64,000 nt of DNA from Elusimicrobiota bacterium (GTDB lineage Bacteria > CG03 > SLGR01 > JBDRKX01), in NCBI GenBank assembly GCA_043813605.1, contig JBDRKX010000047.1:77164-141163 (forward strand), in the 5' to 3' direction. Shown one piece after another: positions 27,001 through 36,000 of this stretch (positions within the stretch are counted from its first letter, which is position 1; each line of letters starts with the position of its first letter). The translations under genes and the position numbers were made by a program. A model generated the notes under the pieces. It saw nothing but the letters and a program-made list of their open reading frames with translations, ran no database searches and was not told the DNA's origin.

Positions 27001-30000
27001 TCAAGCCTGAGCTCGTCATATACGGGAGTATCTTCATATTCTATCTTTGTCGAAAGATCATAAGCATAAGCCTTACCTTCGTAACCGAACCCTAATGTCC
27101 TGCTCTCCGGGAAGAGTTCAGTATCCTCCAGAGGATCAAAATCTATAAGTTCCAGGACATTACTGATAAACAGTCTTTCAGTTTCAACTGCCCAGAGTTT
27201 GAGAGTATCATCAGTAGTAGGCCTGTATACAAACATAATACCCTTTTCAAGATTGGCATATCCCGAGTGAAATCCTAAAAGTTGTGTATCTCCTGAATGG
27301 TAAGCGAAACTGTTTACAGCCGCTCCTACTGCCAGCGAAAAATTTCTCCAGTCTAGCGGAATACCGGTTTTTAAAGAGCCGCTCAACACATTAAGCTCTT
27401 CCTGTTCAAACGGACTTTTCAGATTAAGGTCTATATGAGAAGCTCCCAGATCAAAATCAAAATTTAAATAATGAAATATACTGCCGTCAAAACTGACTTC
27501 CACCATACCGTACGGACTTTCCAGTATATCGCTTTCTCCCTCAGGCCCGGCAAGACCGCCTATTCTGAAAATAATATCGCCTTCCTCAAGATAAAATACA
27601 TTTCTACCTAAAATATTAAGATTGCGCACACTTAAAGTAGGATCGAGATAAGCGTTCATCCCGTAAGGGCCAAGATAGAATTCCGAACCTATATCGAATT
27701 CCGGGAAAGGGATATCCAGTCTGGCATCTATGTTAAAACCACCGGAAGCGAATGGAGAACCAACAGGCCATAATACCATTGCCGTTATTATTATTATGCT
27801 CAGGAACCTCCTCACAGCCGGCATTATCTTTTTTGTAAATATCCATTTCAGTACCCGAAGGTTTTCAGGTATTTGTTTGGCTTCCCGGGCAAGCACCTTT
27901 TTCCAGAATCTGCTGACTATCCTGAAATCCTCAGGGCTCAGGTTTTCTATATGCCTGCCGTAGATTATGTCGTTATCTTCATGTTCCGATATCAACCGGA
28001 GAGCGGTAATATCATCTTCTGTTTGGACAGCTATCAGAGCATTGAAATGATAATGGATCGAATTTGTGGTTTTACCGCCATGGCCAAGGACTTTTCCTTT
28101 TGCGAAATGGCCTTTGGGATTCAAATGAACAACGAGCGTACGCTGTTGGAGCGTTTCCTGTGAAGTCTTTCTGTCTTCTCCTCTTAAAAGTCTGACCTTG
28201 TTCTTAAGTTTACTGGCAAGTACTGTGTAGAAGGGTTTCCTTACGGTTCCTATAAGGACCTTGAGCCGGTCCCTCAATATATTTATGTCCGAAGTCTCCA
28301 TCCTTGCCAAGTGCCGTTTGAGTTCCTGCATGGACCTGATCCTGGCCCTGTCGTCCTGATCAAATCCTTTTGTCAGGTTATACGCCAGCATCTTTGGATC
28401 AGCAAACCATCTATCTATATCTTTCGCCTTTATGCCCGCAGGAATAGCTACTGCCCAGCCGTACTTAACATTGTTCCGTATATGTTTTTCGAGCCATTTA
28501 AGTTTTACTCCCTTTTTCATAAGGTTCTTGCCGGTACCGCCTTCCTCAGCTTTCTCGAGCTTTATCTTCTCTATTTCAGCGGCATCTCTTTTTACTGTTA
28601 TCCTCTCATTTGCCCATCGAAGAGCTTCTGCCCAGAATCTCTGAGATTTACTGCCATTATAGAGCCCTATATGCCCGGCGTTAATTATTCTTCGGTAAAG
28701 GTTTTCCGGTGGTGTGCTCACTTTTTCCGCCATAGCAAGACTCTGTCCCTGCCGGTTCTGCATAAATTCAAATATTCCCCTGAGCTGATCTTTGCCTGAT
28801 GTTTTAATAAACGGATCATCCGATGAAAGAAACTCATCAAATGCAATAGTGAACATCCTGTCTTCAACGACAGCTATCTTGCCGGGCTCCCTGTTAACAT
28901 TGCCTTCACCGTCATCAGAGATGAGTTTATTGCGTTTTAGAAAATCCCATGTAGTATCTGCTATCTCTGCCTTATTTACTGTCGCAGGCGGTGTTACATC
29001 GTCTTTTGTGCCTTCGAACATAATGACCGGACATTTTATCCTGGAAAGGTCTACCAGTTTCATCTCATGACCTATTTGTATCTCCATCTCGCCTTTATAG
29101 AGCTGGTTACCCTTGAATATCTTGTCAATACATTCCAGGTACCAGAGTGACAGGTTGTTAGTTGTATAGAACCATTTGATAAAATGTTCCGCCCGGGCAA
29201 CATATTTCTCGTCATCGATATTATCTACCAGGTTCTGCCAGAAATCGATCTTCTTTGATTTACCTCCGTCAGGACCCATGTTAAGGAATCCTTCAAGCTG
29301 GCTCTCGCCATCATAGATATTCTCACGGCCGAACCCGTGTACCAGCCAGTTAAAAAAATCTTCCGGAGCTTCTTTTGATACCCTCGTTATATCGTTATCT
29401 CCGAGTGTAGCGTGAAGCGGAGTGCCGGCAATATACAAGGCTTCGACTTTTTCCGGATATAATGCGGCTACTATTGCCGCTACCCAGCCTCCCTGACAGA
29501 GACCCGTTAACTGAACTTTACCGCCAACAGCGTCTATTGACTCGACTACATTGTGTACCATGTCGGTAATCAGCTGGATATCGTCCGGAGTCGCGCTCTT
29601 CCAGTCTATAGAATATGTAGGCTGGCCTTCGTTCTGGAATGTCTGAACAATACTCTTACCGTCAGCATCATCTGCTATTGTAGAGCGATGACCGGAATTC
29701 GGCGGTACTATCAGCATCGGGATCCGGCTCATATCTACACTGTGGTCTTCTGATACGGTGAAATCCCTCAGCATGAAACTGGATTTATCTATTATTACTT
29801 CGTTATCCGTAAACCATTCGGGCTCCTTAAATTCCACCCTATTAAGAAACTCAAGAGCTTTTTTTACTTTACGGAAATAATCGTTATACGGTGCCCAGAA
29901 CCCTACCCATGGTTCATATACCGACTGGCGCCATAACCTTTGCAGATCTTTCGATTCTTTGGTCCAGGGAATAAAGTATTCTACAAAAGGAAATCTGGAA

Positions 30001-33000
30001 AAGAACCTGCCGAGATTCCTGCGGCCGGCTTTATACATATCCTCATTTTCTTTGCGAAGACGGGCAGCTTCAACAGCTTTTTCTTCATCTGTCAGCTTGA
30101 TGCCCGCCTCGACTTTGGCCCAGAGCGGTCTAACCAGGGTATCAAACAGGTCTTGCCGGATATCCTTTTCGTGATGGCCTCTTATAATATCACCGTCTTC
30201 ATGTTCGAGTATAAGGGAAAGCGTGGTCTTTTCATATTCCGTTTCAACCGCATCGAGCATGTTTATGTGCAGATATATGGATTCCCGGCCGGCGCCGCCG
30301 TGGCCGAGTATACGCCCTTCCGAGAAATGGTTTCCTTCAGAAAGCAGAACTACAAGCCTGCGGTTTTTAAGAGTATCCTGTTCAGTCTTCTGTCTTGAAT
30401 GAAGAAGCGTCCGCAACCGGTCTTTCAAATGCTCGATGTCAGAACGCGCCAGGTACTCCGTCAGAGCTTCTTCTGCCCTCTTACGCGCCCAGTCAAATTC
30501 ATAGTCCATTGAATCAAGCAGGTTCCGGGCTGTTTTGTTCAAATCGTCCGCAAAGAGCGATTCTATGTCTGTCGCTGTAAGTCTTGCAGAAAGGCTTATT
30601 GCAAGTCCTCTGGTTATACTGTCTTCTATTATCTTATCTGCTTCTTCCGCAGTAACACCGGATTTCATCAGGTTCTTGCCGGTACCCAATGCTTTTGAGA
30701 TCTCTGTCTTTTCTTTTTCTATGACTTCAGGAATTTTGCGAGGAACCTTAACAGGAATTTTACGAGGGATTTCAGGGGAAACAGCTCCTGCTGCGCGGAG
30801 AGCGAGGTTTTTTAGTACATCTTTGAATCCGGATATTATCTCTACAGGTATGTTAATAACACCTGTCGCAACAGAGTCAGGATTCATCAGTTTTGCGTTA
30901 CGGATCAAAACCTGATCTTTATGAACAGGGGTATTTGTAAGGAGGTACCCGTTAGTTTTTATTCCTGCCGCATTGAGAAGAGTCTGTACACTCCTGATAC
31001 TCTTACCGTCATCAGTCACATAGTCATCCAGGTGCCCCTGTCCGCAGAAGACAGCGATTCTTGCCGAAGGATCCTTATTGTGAAGTTTCTTTATCTCCCT
31101 GGCAAAATACCTGTTACGGCCGTTAGTGATTAACCTTTCTCTTATTCTGGGTATTGCAGCAATAGCATCCGTATCAAAGAAATGGTTTAATCCGGGTATC
31201 ATCTTCTCAACTATTTTCCAGAAAAGCATAAGCGGCATATCCATATTTACTATTTTTATACCGGCGGCGCTTGCCGCTTCATATATCAATCGATAGAATT
31301 CAGGGCCGGATTCCCATATTCTCTGCTCACTGAAACCATGTCCCTCAAAGCAGAGGTACTTAACTCCTGATTCATTTAAATCCTCCATAATACTCATCAG
31401 GTACATCGGGTGAGTCATGTTCTTATGATAGTCGCCGAATATCACTACGCGGGCATCATCTATAAGTTTTTTTACATCAGCGCTCTCTATTTCGGTATTC
31501 CTGTAGAAATCCGCCGCTTCAGGATCGGCACCTTTAAAGAGTTTTTCAAAGAGCAATACCCAGTTAACCCTCTCACTTGCCTGCACCATATCATAGAATC
31601 CCCGGAAACTGCCGGATAAGAGATTCTCTTTCTCTGTTGTTGAAAGACCTGCTAACTTTTGTGTCAGTTTACCGAAAAAGATCAGTCGGGAAAGCCGAAG
31701 CGCTGAATTGGAACTCCTGTAATCATATATTGACCCGCTCCAGATATCCGTTATCTTTTTTATATCTTCTGTTTTTAACGAAGGCAGCCTGTCTATTATC
31801 TCCTGAAGAGAAGGGTCCAGTTCAGCCAGTTCTTTAAGGGAATCATTGATTATCCTGTAATCACCGGCAGGATTTATAGCTGTCTCGACCATATCAGAGA
31901 TGACTTTTACAGGTATTGTCACCGGACCAACCGTATCTATCAGCCTGTCTTTGATAACAGGCAGTATCCTGTCAGCCGATATCTCTTCTTTTTCAATACC
32001 CGGTATCTCTTCTTGTGGAACGATATCAGCTTTAATAGCTTTTACGATGATCATACCAATGCCTGTTGCTGTCCCGTCAAGCACACTCTTGAAAAAGTCA
32101 CTATCAATAAACTGATCGAGAGCCGTCACATCACCTCTCTGTCTCTGTTCGATATTTACATTATTCAGGAATCCGGAATCCCGCGATTTCCTCACGACAA
32201 ACGGTATAACAGGATTCTTTATGGCACGGAATTCTGCCTTCAGTTTGCCTTCCCCGGCAGATTTCTCAAGTAACGCGTTCACTACATCCGTTATCCTTCC
32301 TTTCTGTTTCCCCGGTATCCCCCTGAACTTAGGATTGATCATGATCCTGTCAATTATAAGCATATCAGGATCATCAACCAGGTTCACGCCGCCTATATCG
32401 ATATTTTCCGCATTGTATATCCTGTGATTATAAAGCCCGGCCGCCATAGGGACGAACCTGAGACCGTAAGTCTCGACTATAAATCCTTTCTCAGATAATT
32501 TAACTATCTTTTCAGGATATAATCCCTCTTCTTTTTTTATAATTTCCTGCAGCTCAAACAACGGAATAGAGTCAATATGTTTCTTTTTGAGGTGCTCCTT
32601 GAACCCTTCCGGCGTCCCGTCAGGTTCAATACCATAATAATTGTATCTTTCCGTCACATAATCTATCAGCAATTTTAAAAATAGAGTTTTTCTCGCAAAA
32701 CCTTCAGGCAGTTCATCTTCCTGGGCTTTCATTATGACTGACTTGTGTATGACAATGACATTTTTATCATCTATTCTTGCTATTTCTGCCAATCCCAAAG
32801 ACTCTTCTTCCTTGAAGATCTCAGTCACAAGTTCTTTTTTACTGATCTTTACTTCAAAATCGGTCAGTTCAAAGAACATCGACATAAACAGATGCAGCCC
32901 TTCAGTACCCAGCTCTCCGGTACTCATGAGATCATCCATATCGTCAAAAAGAGAGCTCGTGGTCTTACCTGCCGTAACAGGTATAGAAATAGAAGCTACT

Positions 33001-36000
33001 GCTTCTTCATGATGTTCAAGAAATTTGTCGATAAACAGGGAGATATTGTTTATATCGGTCCTTTTCACTCCAGCAGATTCTATCGTATTGTAAAAATCTT
33101 TAAGGATAACCGGATGCTCTGCCAGCGGCCGGCTCATCAGTTCCGTCATGATATAGATCATATCTTCTTCGACAGGATATTTCTCGACAAGCTCGATTTG
33201 AGCAGTAGTAAACGCTACCAGCTGTTCTAATCCGAGGTTGAGAGCAATAAATTCGACGATTTTTAAGTCATTACGGTCAATAAGGTTTTTCCTGAAAAGT
33301 ATGTTAAGTATATCTATGATCCGCTCAAAACCGGGAGCAGTAAAAGTACCCGGCATATCATCCGGATAAGACTCATATAAACCTTTTTTTATTATTTCGT
33401 GAATGATCTTTAGATCTTTGTCCTGGATATAGTTTTCTCTTGCAAGATTGTTAAGTATAAGAAACGTGCGGTAATCTTTTATAAACAATGCGTATATAGA
33501 GTTCTTTTTTTGCCTTTCTATGACATAATCCATCATAAGTGTTCCATTACCCTCAAAATCTCTGCCTCTTATCATCTCATAGGTCATCTCTGTATCAGAA
33601 TCAAGGTTTTTAAGGTTCTGCATGATAAATGAGACTTTTTCTTTGAGTTCATTACCCGTATAACCACTGTCAGCGGTCATTTTCCTTATATCATCTTCTT
33701 TCAATTCCTTAAACTCAATGATCGATTTTTTTATTTCTTCTATACTCAAATCTTTATATAATTTGCTCGGCCTGTTCTCCCATGTGTTGAACAGGAATTC
33801 ATTAAAACCCATCTGCGTGTCAAAAGCCACATCATGATCGAATCCGACAGGTACACCGTCAACCATAACCATATTGCTGTCATGCGGATCCCATTTGCGT
33901 ATCAGGACATTGAATACAAACATAGCCGCTGCCGCTTTGTCGTAATCATTGTGTACGAATTCTCTGTATCCGGCGCCAACTGTCCTCGTAAGATAGAATC
34001 CTTCTTCACTGCTCCCTATCCCGAATTGTCTCAGATTTTCTGCTTCATCATTACTTATCGTCCTTATCTCCGTCGTATTTACCCTGCCTTTTCCGATAAG
34101 GTAAGCGAGCATCTCTCTCCTGTAGTCGTTCTTGTTCTTGTGATATCCATGGCCGCCGGACTTGAGCTTTTTTACTATAAAGTTTTTATTGCCTTCATTT
34201 ACCTGAAACTCCCAGGTGCCGTCCTCGATCGGATTTTTGCCGCCATAGACATATCTCGGTTCAGGTTTCTCTGCCGGTACCTCTTCTTTAAACTCTTTAT
34301 CTATCTTCTTCAGGATTTCTGCCGCCGCCTGACTGATATTCCCGTTTTCTTCATAGAACCCCCGCAGATACTGTCTAATATAAGCCTGCTCTTCAGGATT
34401 TACGCTGTCGTGATACTGGATCATCCTGTCCGTTTCGCCGGACACAAGTATTCCGGCTAATTCCTCTTTATACGGATTCGCTATTGTCTCTTTCAAACCC
34501 CGGGCATCAGAGAAAAGCAGGGCGATTCTAGGGTCACCTTTTAAAATAAGTTTAGACAGACTGTCGCCTATATCCTGAGAATAGATCTTTTTATTAAGTT
34601 TTATATCTATACTGCCGAGAGTGCTGTTCATGCCGAATATGACTGCCGGGGTACCCATTTCAGCCATCTGAGACGCGTCCACATGGTCAGAAGCATGAAT
34701 GATCTCTGTTACCCGCCTGATACCGGGAATTACATATCCCGGTATGCGGTCAGGATGGTGATGGTAGAATACCGCAAGTTTTATGGAAGCAGGGATCTTT
34801 ATTCCTTCTGTTTCCAGCTCTTTTTCGATGATAGCTACCGAATCGAGCGCATGGCCCAGAACATCTGTACCGCTTTCGTATTCCCTGTAATTCTTTCTGG
34901 TCTTTGATATATCATGTATCAAGGCAGCTATCTCAAGCGCAGTCTTCTCCTGTCCGGTGATACCCAGTTCTTCTGATATTATTGAAGAGTATTCCCTCAC
35001 ACGCTCGATATGGCGATGCCTGTGTTCTATACTCCCGAAAAGCGCGCGGATCTTTTCGGATATTACGGAGACATCTCCGTTTATGACAAACCGTTCATTT
35101 TCAGGTGTATTATTATATTCGGCTATCACTTCGGCGATCCTGGGTATTATATCCGGATTTATTCCGCTCGATGTCATCATCCTGGATATCTGCGCGATCT
35201 CTTCTTTTATCGGATCAGCTATCTCTGCCGGCTCCACTACTTCAACCGGCGGTTGTTCAACAGTTTCCGGTTCTTTTTCAGTTTTTTCAGGTAAAATCTG
35301 TGGGCGCTGTATTACACGGGCAGGTCTTTGCAGAAACTGTCTGTAAAGAAAATAGCTCATCCCTATACCGCCTATCACTCCGGTTGCAACAGCGGAAACT
35401 GCCATAGCTGAAGCCGCCAGAGCCCATACAAGTACTGCTGAAACAGCTACTATACCGAGCGCGATCAGGACATTCCTGTATTTTGCAGTAAATCCCGGTT
35501 TTCTTCTTTTCTTTGTAAGATCACGGATATCCGCCGGGCGGGCGGAGACAGGTGTCTCTTCTATTTCACCTTTTTCTATCTGTACAAGAAGTTTTTTCAA
35601 CCGTTCTGATTCCGTATATGTTAATCCTTTCTCACCCATACCTATCTCGGCATTATAGCCCTGGAAGAGTCTGACAGTCTGGTCGCCCGACTCTATCAGA
35701 TCACTCAGTATTTCTTCTATCCGCGTGGTTTCAGCAGATATTTCTGAACCTAGAGCAGGAAACATATCAGAATTCCTCATAATAGCCGTAACCGCATACG
35801 GATTGTATATATACAGTCCGTCGGATGTTTCCAGCAGTTTAATATCGTTGCCTGTACTCTCTATCAGGGTTTTTAATGCTGTTTTCTCTGAAGCGGTTAT
35901 CTCCTTCGAAACATCTACCCTGCTGAATGGCCTGGTTTCAGGCGAAATCACCGTTATCATGGCATCTGGATTGAGGACAATTTGTGTTTCCTGGTCTTTC

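Noticed and set aside
30728..30778. Short 24-nt-period direct repeat (PRKIPVKVPRKIP)
   Set aside because: Only two imperfect copies in a Pro-rich linker; not CRISPR or a mobile element end.
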